Part shown: one piece after another, positions 1-8,639 of the stretch | Numbering within the stretch: position 1 is the stretch's first letter | Layout of the letters: the number at the start of each line of letters is the position of its first letter | Assembly: GCA_963705105.1 (NCBI GenBank) | Contig: CAVPIW010000005.1 | Location: 416,001-480,000, forward strand | Length of the DNA: 64,000 bases | Source: an uncultured Nitrospiraceae bacterium | GTDB taxonomy: Bacteria > Nitrospirota > Thermodesulfovibrionia > Thermodesulfovibrionales > Dissulfurispiraceae | Direction: 5' to 3' | Program-made: the position numbers and the translations under genes | Notes under the pieces: generated by a model | Told to the model about the DNA's origin: nothing | The model's input: the letters and a program-made list of their open reading frames with translations, nothing else | Database searches by the model: none

Positions 1-2
1 TG

Positions 3-83
3 CGAAACAAGATTGACAAGGACTTTGAGAAAAAGGTGATTCAGACTATCCGAGGATTCGGTTATGTTCTCAGGGTCAATTAA
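3..83 (+). CDS. OmpR/PhoB-family response regulator, 3' end only (truncated by window edge)
   Basis: Frame 3 reads RNKIDKDFEKKVIQTIRGFGYVLRVN*, the typical winged-helix C-terminus; overlaps the start of the downstream kinase. Confidence 0.9.
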   Translation, partial: RNKIDKDFEKKVIQTIRGFGYVLRVN

Positions 84-1461
84 TCGTATACGGAAAACCG
101 TCAGTTTTCGGCTGGCGCTTACATACTCTGCAATCTTCGTCCTCAGTTCCGTGATTCTCTTCCTCGTGACATATTGGTTTCTCTTCCTTTCTATTCGGGA
201 TAAAGACAGAGAGAGTATTCATTTGGAATTCCATGAGTGTGCGATCCAGTATCAGAAAGGCGGGATTGCAGCGCTGTCGGCAGAAGTGGAGTTTGAGAAG
301 CATGTCAGCGGAAAGAATCCCTTTCTTGTTTGGCTCGTGGGGCCCCAAAACAACACTCTTTTCTTAAATATGCCGGATCAGTTCGGGCACGCCGACTTCC
401 AGGAGCTCGAAGAGAGAGGTGTCGATAGCAAGGACCAATGGTCATACTTCACGGTAAAGGGAAATAAGGATACTCTGGAAATTACATCTGAGCCTTTACC
501 GGATGGTTCTCGCCTGCTGATCGGCAAAAGCATTGTCACTCGCACAGAACTCCTGGAGCGCTTTCGCACAATATCTGTAGCCATCATATTTCCGGTACTT
601 CTTTTCGGCCTCGCGGGAGGGGCGCTCCTTGCCCGCCAGGCGCTTCGACCGATTCGTCACCTCACTGAGACCGTCAGATCGATAACAACGACCGGAGAGC
701 TGGGTGCACGCGTACAGATGGGGCAGCGTGATGACGAACTGGCTGAGCTGGGCACACTGCTCAACGCAATGTTGGAAAGAATCGAGACCCTGATAGAGAA
801 GCTGAAAGGCGAATTGGATGACGTTGCTCACGACTTGCGCACGCCGATAATGAGGATGCGCGGCATGGCCGAAATGGCATTACAGTCGGACGATGAGATT
901 GAGAGCCTCAGGTGTGCCGTGGGTACGTGCATAGAAGAATCCGAGCGACTTCTCACCATGGCAACCACCCTCATGGACATTTCCGTGGCGGAAGCGGGGA
1001 TGATGGACCTTCATCTGCAGGCAGTGAATATTTCGAATCTGATTGAAGATGTGGGCTCTCTTTATGCATATGTTGCCGAAGAGAAGAGTATTTCCATTCA
1101 CACCAGTTACCCAAGGGAACTCTACGTGTCCGTCGACCGCAAAAGACTGCAACAGGCCGTGGCAAATCTGCTGGACAATGCCATCAAGTACACGCCAAGC
1201 GGTGGAAAGGTCGATATACGGGCTTCCAAAGAACAGCATGTGATCGTCGTCACCGTAAGGGATACGGGGATCGGCATTCCCCCAGATGAGATCCGGAAGA
1301 TCTGGGATCGTCTGTATCGCGGCGATCGAAGCCGCTCTCAGGAAGGATTCGGCCTTGGCCTGAGCCTGGTGCGGGCGATTGTCCAGGCACACGGCGGCCG
1401 TGTCGAAGTCTTCAGCGAACCCGGCGCCGGCAGTCTTTTCGTCCTCACCCTGCCCGAATAA
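64..1461 (+). CDS. HAMP-domain sensor histidine kinase (CusS/CzcS-like architecture)
   Basis: Two TM segments, HAMP, H-box VAHDLRTP, N-box NLLDNAIKYT, G boxes DTGIGI and GFGLGL. Confidence 0.95.
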   Translation: MFSGSINRIRKTVSFRLALTYSAIFVLSSVILFLVTYWFLFLSIRDKDRESIHLEFHECAIQYQKGGIAALSAEVEFEKHVSGKNPFLVWLVGPQNNTLFLNMPDQFGHADFQELEERGVDSKDQWSYFTVKGNKDTLEITSEPLPDGSRLLIGKSIVTRTELLERFRTISVAIIFPVLLFGLAGGALLARQALRPIRHLTETVRSITTTGELGARVQMGQRDDELAELGTLLNAMLERIETLIEKLKGELDDVAHDLRTPIMRMRGMAEMALQSDDEIESLRCAVGTCIEESERLLTMATTLMDISVAEAGMMDLHLQAVNISNLIEDVGSLYAYVAEEKSISIHTSYPRELYVSVDRKRLQQAVANLLDNAIKYTPSGGKVDIRASKEQHVIVVTVRDTGIGIPPDEIRKIWDRLYRGDRSRSQEGFGLGLSLVRAIVQAHGGRVEVFSEPGAGSLFVLTLPE

Positions 1462-1509
1462 GAGTACCACCTCTCAAAATCCCGTCTCTCTTCATGAGCG
1501 GTTCTCTTT

Positions 1510-1606
1510 GTCATTCCCGCGCAGGCGGGAATCCAGGTTTTTTGAGACCTTTCTTGATGCCCGCTCCCCGCCTACCGCCTGCGGGGACAAGTTCCGCGGG
1601 CATGAC
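1510..1606. repeat. REP-like palindromic element (GTCATT...ATGAC family)
   Basis: GTCATTCCCGCGCAGGCGGGAATCC...GCGGGCATGAC with internal hairpins; related copies at 28648, 53106 and 63344. Confidence 0.75.
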
Positions 1607-2361
1607 GGCTTTCACGAGGGGAAGCCGATTCCGAGGTTGTAGTCATTACTCCGGCCCGTTCTCTCACCCGCTTTTGTAACCTTTCACATTTGTAATGCTA
1701 AAGAAAGGGTGCCGCAATCTTCGTCAGCGATAATTATGACATCAAAGAAGTCTGAAGGCGACGCGTCAGGTATTGTCATCAACGGGCCTTGGCGTGCAGC
1801 GGCTTTGAAGGAGGAGAATGCGTGCGACTGCGAGGCCGCTCGCATTCCAGCCTGGGCAGGGCGTTGGGCTGCGAGTGCCCGGCAGGCCTGCTGCCTCGCC
1901 GGGAAGAGGAAGGATGAGCGGGGGCATGAAGCTATTGAGCAAAAAGGAGAGCAAGAGAAGGTTCAGGAAGAAGAGCCCATCTCAGATGAAGAAGCTCCTT
2001 CAGCTAATCCAGAAAGTAAAAGTTCAGCTTGTACGGACAATCGTGGGGGCAGTCAACATATTTGTCATGGCGAAACTCTTTGGTGAACGTTGGACTCTGT
2101 AAGCCCTTTATCAGAGATTTCGGTCTTGGATTGCCGGACGTCAGAATACCATCTTTAGCCGCAGCGTACTGCGGTTTTCGAAACAAAGATTTTCGCCAGC
2201 GCCTTCCGCATTTGCGTCGGAGATAACACACTCGCTGAATGCCATTACATGCACTTTTCTGCTCTGCATTGCAGTGGATTCAAGGCGGTGTTTCTTCGAA
2301 GCATAGCCAGTTTGGACTCTTGTGTTGTCTGTTCAAAGACTTCGCTGTTGTTGAAATCGGC

Positions 2362-2377
2362 AGGCATCGTGTTTGCA
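2362..2377 (+). promoter_or_regulatory. Putative sigma54 -24/-12 promoter
   Basis: AGGCATCGTGTTTGCA: GG and GC separated by exactly 10 nt, about 50 nt upstream of the riboswitch. Confidence 0.55.
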
Positions 2378-2423
2378 AATGAGAGACATGAAACGGTCTC
2401 ACAGACACTGAGGCCTTCGATTG

Positions 2424-2512
2424 CTCTTTGATAAAAGCAAACTATCCGTAAGGGTAGGACGCAAAGCCATGGGTCCTTGCAATGAGTTAAGGATCGCCAG
2501 GTTGCCGGAGAC
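2424..2512 (+). ncRNA. GEMM-I cyclic-dinucleotide riboswitch aptamer (c-di-GMP-I fold; A at position 20, as in cGAMP-responsive GEMM-Ib)
   Basis: ATAAAAGCAAAC-TATCC-GTAA-GGGTA-GGACGCAAAGCC-ATGGGTCCTT...AAGGAT-CGCCAGGTTGCCG; P1 TCTTTG/CGGAGA can pair; the base before GCAAAC (2436) is A. Confidence 0.9.
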
Positions 2513-2620
2513 GACACTTTGTAGTTCCGTATCTTCAGCCGCATTTCCCAGCGCTTATTCTCCTCACGCGAACAGGCTTTTTTCGCTCGCATCGAGGCTC
2601 CTTAAGGGACGGCCTTTGCC

Positions 2621-2686
2621 AGACTGGTCCTGACAAAAGCAAACGACCCGTCAGGGTCAGTGATCGCCAGGTTGCCCGACGGTCTC
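2621..2686 (+). ncRNA. Second, internally deleted GEMM-I aptamer
   Basis: ACAAAAGCAAAC-GACCC-GTCA-GGGTC followed directly by AGTGATCGCCAGGTTGCC; the conserved GACGCAAAGCC core is missing. Confidence 0.7.
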
Positions 2687-2977
2687 ACTCTCACTACTAC
2701 GTCGTCTTTCTCTCACTCTTTCTTAATCTCAAATCGCACAACAGCACTATTTTGTCGAAAGCGCAGCATGAGGGGTTTCTCCTCCGGCACTCCCTTGCCC
2801 GATGAAACCGGTCGGGCAAGAGAAAAGAGATGAGACACAAAGAGGCGGCGATTGCGGCATTCTGCTGTGCCCCCGCAGAGTTCTAAACCGACAAATAATG
2901 ACTAAGGGAGGGATGCGAAGGCGAAAGGTGAACTCAGGAACTGTGTAGAACTATCCGACTATTTTAGGGAGGTTTTT

Positions 2978-3874
2978 ATGAGTATCTCTCGACGTGATTT
3001 TTTGAGATTCTGCGGTCTGTCCGCAGCGGCTGTGGGCTTGTCCGCAACCGATCTAATCCGCTTGGAAGAGGCCCTGGCCAGTCCGACCGCGCCTTCAATC
3101 ATCTGGCTGCAGGGCAGCGGTTGTACCGGGTGTTCCGAATCCTTTCTCAATCTGATATCCGCTTCCGGCCCGCAGACGGCTGCCGACGTATTGATCAATT
3201 CCGTCAATCTGGTTTATCACCCGACCCTCATGGCCCTGGCGGGGCAGGATGCGGTCGCCCAGGCCGTGGCGGCCTACGAAAAGGGCGGGTATCTTCTGGT
3301 TGTGGAAGGCGGCGTTCCGACCGCCTTCGGCGGTAGGGCCTGCTATGCCTGGACGTATAATGAACAGGAGTTCACCTTTGAAGAAACCGTCCTCGGCTTG
3401 GCTGCCAAGGCCGCCGGAATACTGTGCATAGGAACCTGCGCCGCTTGGGGAGGCATCCCTGCGGCTCCGCCCAACCCCGCCGGTGTCGTCGGAGTCAAGG
3501 CATTGACCGGCAGGGACACCATCAACATTCCGGGGTGCCCCACCCATCCCGACTGGATCGCCTGGACCGTGGTGCAACTGTTAACGAATACCCCTATCTC
3601 GGTTGACGGTGACGGACGGCCCACCCAGTTCTTCAGCGCCACCGTCCATGAACTGTGTCCCCGCCGCGGAGGAACGATAGCAACCGACACCATCGGTGTG
3701 GACGGCGCCTGCCTGATGGCTTTGGGCTGCCGTGGTCCGTTTACCATGTCCAATTGTCCCCAACAGAAATGGAATAACCAGGCCAACTGGTGTATCGATG
3801 CGAACGCACCCTGCATCGGATGCACCGAGCCCGGATTTCCGGGGACGGATCCCTTTTATTCCCCCGGTATTTAA
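2978..3874 (+). CDS. [NiFe] hydrogenase small subunit, Tat-exported, no C-terminal membrane anchor
   Basis: SRRDFL twin-arginine signal; CTGC, GTCA, PGCP, HELC, CLMALGC and NCP...NWC...PCIGC Fe-S ligands; GGAGG RBS. Confidence 0.96.
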   Translation: MSISRRDFLRFCGLSAAAVGLSATDLIRLEEALASPTAPSIIWLQGSGCTGCSESFLNLISASGPQTAADVLINSVNLVYHPTLMALAGQDAVAQAVAAYEKGGYLLVVEGGVPTAFGGRACYAWTYNEQEFTFEETVLGLAAKAAGILCIGTCAAWGGIPAAPPNPAGVVGVKALTGRDTINIPGCPTHPDWIAWTVVQLLTNTPISVDGDGRPTQFFSATVHELCPRRGGTIATDTIGVDGACLMALGCRGPFTMSNCPQQKWNNQANWCIDANAPCIGCTEPGFPGTDPFYSPGI

Positions 3875-3895
3875 ATCGTTTAAGGAGGCACATCT

Positions 3896-5329
3896 ATGTC
3901 AACCAAAATATTCATAGATCCCGTAACACGCCTGGAAGGACATCTCAAGATAGCGGTTACGGTCAATGAAGTGCAGGGGCAGCAACAAGTCATCAATGCC
4001 CGGGCGACCGGGACCCTGTTCCGCGGGTTTGAGGAATTGCTGGTCGGCCGTGACCCCGGAGATGCCCAGCATCTGACCCAGCGGATTTGCGGCGTTTGTC
4101 CGGTGCCCCATGGGATGGCCTCGGTCATGGCCCAGGACGCGGCCTACGGGGTGCGCGTGCCCTCGAATGCCCGCATCATGCGCAACCTGGTCATCGGCGC
4201 CAATTTCATCCAGTCCCATATCCTTCATTTTTACCATCTGACCGCCCTGGATTACGTGGAAGGACCGAACATGCCGCCCTGGCAGCCCTCCTGGAAAACA
4301 GACAAGCGCATCTCCGGAGCGGCGGCCACCAGCTTGATAGACCATTATGTGACAGCCATCGACATGACCCGCAAGGCCCATGAGATGGGCGCCCTTTTCG
4401 GGGGGCGCATGCCACACCCGCCCACCTACGTCGCCGGAGGTTTTACGGCCACGCCCCGGGCCGACCGAATCGCCAACTTCACCTCCTACCTCAACGAGTT
4501 GATCCCCTTTATCCAGAACGTCTATCTGCCCGATGTGGCCGCCCTGAGAGCGGCCTACCCGGATTATGACGCCATCGGCAGGGGCTACGGCAACCTGCTT
4601 TCCTTTGGGGTCTTCAATCAGGATTCTACGGGAAACAGGCTCTTGAGGCGGGGCCGATCGGAGAACGGCGCCACTTCCGTGCTGTCGGTCGACACGAATC
4701 AGATCAGGGAGTCGGTGCGCTATTCCTGGTATGAAGATTCCACAACCAATCTGAATCCCGCTTCGGGGCAGACACTGCCGCAAAACCCCAAAGCCAAGGC
4801 CTATTCCTGGCTCAAGGCCCCCCGCTATGGCGGTGCGCCTTATGAAGTAGGCCCACTGGCCCGGATGTGGGTCAACGGAGACTATCGACGGGGGATTTCC
4901 GTCATGGACCGACACCAGGCCCGGGCCCAGGAAACGCTGAAGATAGCGCAGGCCATGCGGTCCTGGGTGTCTCAGCTTCGGCCGGATGGAGCGGTGTACA
5001 CCAAACCGACGATTCCACCCTCTGCGTCCGGCGTGGGTCTCACCGAGGCGCCCCGAGGCGCCCTGGGGCATTGGTTCCGAATGGATGCGGGCAAGATTTC
5101 GAGCTATCAGGTCATTACCCCGACCTGCTGGAACGCCTCTCCCGAGGACGACGCCAGTCAGATGGGTCCCGTCGAAAACGCCCTGATCGGCACGCCGGTC
5201 AAGAACTTAGCGGAACCCATCGAGGTCCTGCGGGTCATTCATTCCTTCGACCCCTGCCTCGCATGCGCCGTCCATGTTTCCCGGCCCAAAGAACAGGCCC
5301 AAATCCGGATCGTTGCCGGTTATCGGTAA
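3896..5329 (+). CDS. [NiFe] hydrogenase large subunit, group 1a-like (Cys, no Sec)
   Basis: DPVTRLEGH, L1 QRICGVCPVPH, EAPRGALGH, L2 HSFDPCLACAVH followed by a cleavable C-terminal tail. Confidence 0.96.
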   Translation: MSTKIFIDPVTRLEGHLKIAVTVNEVQGQQQVINARATGTLFRGFEELLVGRDPGDAQHLTQRICGVCPVPHGMASVMAQDAAYGVRVPSNARIMRNLVIGANFIQSHILHFYHLTALDYVEGPNMPPWQPSWKTDKRISGAAATSLIDHYVTAIDMTRKAHEMGALFGGRMPHPPTYVAGGFTATPRADRIANFTSYLNELIPFIQNVYLPDVAALRAAYPDYDAIGRGYGNLLSFGVFNQDSTGNRLLRRGRSENGATSVLSVDTNQIRESVRYSWYEDSTTNLNPASGQTLPQNPKAKAYSWLKAPRYGGAPYEVGPLARMWVNGDYRRGISVMDRHQARAQETLKIAQAMRSWVSQLRPDGAVYTKPTIPPSASGVGLTEAPRGALGHWFRMDAGKISSYQVITPTCWNASPEDDASQMGPVENALIGTPVKNLAEPIEVLRVIHSFDPCLACAVHVSRPKEQAQIRIVAGYR

Positions 5330-5362
5330 ACCTGGAAGAAGGTTGTTCTACGGAAAATCAAA

Positions 5363-5956
5363 GTGAAGAAACAATCAAACAGAGCCGGGAGGATTGTTGA
5401 GCCAAGGCCGAGGATCCTTATCGCCGGGATGGGAAATATCCTGCTCCGGGACGACGGCGTCGGCGTTCATGCCGTACAGGGTTTTCCCCCGGCCGAGAAT
5501 CAGGAATACCGGGTTGTCGAGGTCGGCTGTGCGGTGTTTGACACTCTGGACCATTTTGACTGGGCGGAAAGGATCCTGCTCATCGATGCCATGCAGGCCG
5601 GGAGGGCGCCCGGGACCGTTTATCGTGTCGACAGTTTAACGGATATGGATGCTGGAACCATGGCAGCCTCTCTCCATGAGTTTTCGGTGATCCAGGCCCT
5701 CGGAATGATTCAAAAAGATCCCATGCCGGCCGTTACGATCATCGGCGTCGAACCGGAGGTCATCGACTATGGTCTGGAGCTTTCCGGTACAGTGGCCGCT
5801 TCCCTCCCCCTGGTCTGGGAAACCGGCCGCCAAATTATCGAGGACTGGATCAGGAACTGTCACGTCCAGGACCCGATGCCATTCCAGGAGAACGTCAACT
5901 GCCCGTGTCGGATATCAGCGAAAGTTGACTCTCCCATCCACCTGGAACAACTATGA
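5363..5956 (+). CDS. Hydrogenase maturation protease (HyaD/HybD family)
   Basis: GMGNILLRDDGVG, LIDAM and SLHE motifs; start codon uncertain. Confidence 0.93.
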   Translation: MKKQSNRAGRIVEPRPRILIAGMGNILLRDDGVGVHAVQGFPPAENQEYRVVEVGCAVFDTLDHFDWAERILLIDAMQAGRAPGTVYRVDSLTDMDAGTMAASLHEFSVIQALGMIQKDPMPAVTIIGVEPEVIDYGLELSGTVAASLPLVWETGRQIIEDWIRNCHVQDPMPFQENVNCPCRISAKVDSPIHLEQL

Positions 5957-5979
5957 ATACCAGCTTAAGGAGAACCAAT

Positions 5980-8349
5980 ATGAGAATTTCCAAAATAACC
6001 ATCCCCTTGATTAGTCTGGCGGCCGTGCTGCTGATCTCCAGCCACGTATTCGGAGTCAGTTCCTATACCACCTCGTTTAACGCCCGGTATGGGACGGCCG
6101 CCGGCACGGCTCTGGGTGCCAATAGTAGCGCTCGCTGCATCCTTTGCCATCCCGGTGGGAATACCAGCCAGTACACTTCCTATGCCAACGATTTCAGGAA
6201 CAACAATCACAATTATGCGACCATCGAACCGTTGGATTCGGACGGAGACGGCTTTTCCAATTTAGCCGAGATCACCGCTCTGACCCTCCCCTATGACGCC
6301 AACAGCCGTCCAACGACCAGTGCTGACACCACCCTGCCGGTGGTCTCGACCTTTACCGTCCCGGCCACGGCCACAACCCTGACCGTACCGATCTCCGCCC
6401 TGACCGCTACCGACAACGTGGGCGTGACCGGCTACCTGGTCAACGAAAGCGCCACCAAGCCTGCGGCCGGCAACTGGCCCGCTGCGGCCCCCACCAGCTA
6501 TACCTTTACCACCGCCGGGGCCAAAACCCTCTACGCCTGGGCAAGGGATGCCGCCGGCAACGTCTCCAACAGCCTGAGCCGGCCCGTGACCGTCACCCTG
6601 CCTCCGACGGCTGACACCACCCTGCCGGTGGTCTCGACCTTTACCGTCCCTACCACGGCCACAACCCTGACCGTACCGATCTCCGCCCTGACCGCTACCG
6701 ACAACGTGGGCGTGACCGGCTACCTGGTCAACGAAAGCGCCACCAAGCCTGCGGCCGGCAACTGGCCCGCTGCGGCCCCCACCAGCTATACCTTTACCAC
6801 CGCCGGGACCAAAACCCTCTACGCCTGGGCAAGGGATGCCGCCGGCAATGTCTCCAACGCCCTGAGCCGGCCCGTGACCGTCACCCTGCCTCCGACGGCT
6901 GACACCACCCTGCCGGTGGTCTCGACCTTTACCGTCCCTACCACGGCCACAACCCTGACCGTACCGATCTCCGCCCTGACCGCTACCGACAACGTGGGCG
7001 TGACCGGCTACCTGGTCAACGAAAGCGCCACCAAGCCTGCGGCCGGTAACTGGCCCGCTGCGGCCCCCACCAGCTATACCTTTACCACCGCCGGGACCAA
7101 AACCCTCTACGCCTGGGCAAGGGATGCCGCCGGCAATGTCTCCAACAGCCTGAGCCGGCCCGTGACCGTCACCCTGCCTCCGACGGCTGATACCACCCTG
7201 CCGGTGGTCTCGACCTTTACCATCCCGGCCACGGCCACTACCCTGACCGTACCGATCTCCGCCCTGACCGCTACCGACAACGTGGGCGTGACCGGCTACC
7301 TGGTCAACGAAAGCGCCACCAAGCCTGCGGCCGGCAACTGGCCCGCTGCGGCCCCCACCAGCTATACCTTTACCACCGCCGGGGCCAAAACCCTCTACGC
7401 TGGCAGGGATGCCGCCGGCAATGTCTCCAACGCCCTGAGCCGGTCCGTGACCGTTACTTCCGGCGACAGCGGCGGGGTCGATGTGGAATCTCCCGAGGTC
7501 ATGGAATTTACCTTGCCCCTGACCGGCACTTCTCTCACCGTGCCGATCATGGCCTTCCGGGCCATTGATAACATCAGCCCGACCGCTTATCTGATCACTA
7601 CCACCCCGACAGCGCCGTCGGCAAGCGATCCAGGCTGGAGAGCCACCCCGCCGACCAGCTACACCTTTACCTCCGCGGGCGCCAAAACACTGTACGGGTG
7701 GGCTAAGGATGCCGCCGGCAACGTCTCGGAAAGTGTTTGGGACAACGTGGGCATCACCGCACCGCCCCAGACAACTTCGTACACGCTGAGCGTGTCCAGA
7801 GCGGGAACAGGCTCTGGCACCGTGACGAGCGCCCCAGCCGGCGTGAGCTGTGGCACTGACTGCTCCCAGACCTATGCAGCAGGGACCCAAGTGAGCCTCA
7901 CCGCTGCGGCGTCGCCCGGTTCTGTTTTCTCCGGCTGGTCCGGGGCTTGCACAGGACCAGGGACCTGCACGGTGACGTTGAGCGCCGCCCGCTCGGTGAC
8001 GGCGACCTTCAACACCGCGCCGGCGGGATCGGCGCCTAACATTTCCGCTCCGTCCTCCTACAGCTTTGGGGAGACGCATTTGGACTCCACAAGCAGTCGC
8101 ACCATTGTGGTCAGCAACACCGGCTCGACCACGCTCCGGGTGACGGGTATTACGAAGAGCGGTACCGACGCCGGGATGTTCACAGTAGGGGTCAGCTCCT
8201 TCACTGTTGCGCCTGGAGGGACCTACAACCTCCCGGTAACCTTTAGACCAACCTCCGAAGGCACGAAGAACGCGACCCTGAGGCTCTCCACGAACGATCC
8301 TGACACAGCGGTCTGGCAGATCAGTCTGTCCGGCAGGGGAGAGGATTAG
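5980..8349 (+). CDS. Secreted repeat protein with an N-terminal single heme-c motif, five Ig-like repeats, an InlB-B-like repeat and a C-terminal ASH/choice-of-anchor-D-like domain
   Basis: AGGAG RBS before ATG 5980; signal peptide; CILCH then DSDGDGFSNLAEI; 4 near-identical plus 1 diverged 96-aa Thr/Ala-rich repeats (TDNVGVTGY, YAWARDAAGNVS); YTLSVSRAGTGSGTVTS...CGTDC; VVSNTGSTTL...FRPT...LSTNDP. Confidence 0.85.
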   Translation: MRISKITIPLISLAAVLLISSHVFGVSSYTTSFNARYGTAAGTALGANSSARCILCHPGGNTSQYTSYANDFRNNNHNYATIEPLDSDGDGFSNLAEITALTLPYDANSRPTTSADTTLPVVSTFTVPATATTLTVPISALTATDNVGVTGYLVNESATKPAAGNWPAAAPTSYTFTTAGAKTLYAWARDAAGNVSNSLSRPVTVTLPPTADTTLPVVSTFTVPTTATTLTVPISALTATDNVGVTGYLVNESATKPAAGNWPAAAPTSYTFTTAGTKTLYAWARDAAGNVSNALSRPVTVTLPPTADTTLPVVSTFTVPTTATTLTVPISALTATDNVGVTGYLVNESATKPAAGNWPAAAPTSYTFTTAGTKTLYAWARDAAGNVSNSLSRPVTVTLPPTADTTLPVVSTFTIPATATTLTVPISALTATDNVGVTGYLVNESATKPAAGNWPAAAPTSYTFTTAGAKTLYAGRDAAGNVSNALSRSVTVTSGDSGGVDVESPEVMEFTLPLTGTSLTVPIMAFRAIDNISPTAYLITTTPTAPSASDPGWRATPPTSYTFTSAGAKTLYGWAKDAAGNVSESVWDNVGITAPPQTTSYTLSVSRAGTGSGTVTSAPAGVSCGTDCSQTYAAGTQVSLTAAASPGSVFSGWSGACTGPGTCTVTLSAARSVTATFNTAPAGSAPNISAPSSYSFGETHLDSTSSRTIVVSNTGSTTLRVTGITKSGTDAGMFTVGVSSFTVAPGGTYNLPVTFRPTSEGTKNATLRLSTNDPDTAVWQISLSGRGED
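6322..7455 (+). repeat. Intragenic tandem repeat, 288-bp unit x4
   Basis: GCTGACACCACCCTGCCG (one mismatch in copy 4) recurs at 6322, 6610, 6898 and 7186. Confidence 0.97.
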
Positions 8350-8406
8350 TTCAGTCAAACCGCGTTTTTTCTGCGGGGCGGCCGTCTGATCCTTATGCCG
8401 GCTCAC

Positions 8407-8449
8407 AGGCGGGCGGAGAGAGACACCCTCTCTCCACCCGCCTCTTTTT
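8407..8449 (+). terminator. Rho-independent terminator of the hydrogenase-cytochrome operon
   Basis: AGGCGGGCGGAGAGAG-ACACC-CTCTCTCCACCCGCCT followed by CTTTTT. Confidence 0.8.
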
Positions 8450-8639
8450 CGTGCGCCGAAGCTCCCTCCCGGGGGATCACTCCCTGTAAATAAAGGGTAA
8501 ATAAAGGGGACAGCGATCGGGCGCAGTTGCAATTGCTCGTGTCGGTGGAGCGGTTTTTCAGGCAAGCGGCATCCGGGCCAACCGCCCCGTCCATTCTAAC
8601 ACCTATTTCTTAAAGTACTCCGGGGTGCCGGTGGCCGTC

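Noticed and set aside
1709..2633. Short ORFs upstream of the hydrogenase (1709-2086, 1818-2102, 2245-2592, 2421-2633)
   Set aside because: No recognisable motifs; two of them simply overlap the promoter and riboswitch; a small basic ORF from 1926 cannot be excluded but is unsupported
2794..2830. Hairpin CTTGCCCGA...TCGGGCAAG as the riboswitch terminator
   Set aside because: Followed by a purine run rather than a U-tract; expression platform not resolved
5230..5280. Selenocysteine in the hydrogenase L2 motif
   Set aside because: The codon is TGC (DPCLAC), not TGA
6262..8565. 767-aa minus-strand ORF and other long antisense ORFs (3899-5071, 12878-14314, 28977-30551, 56762-58228)
   Set aside because: Shadow frames of GC-rich genes with clear sense-strand identity
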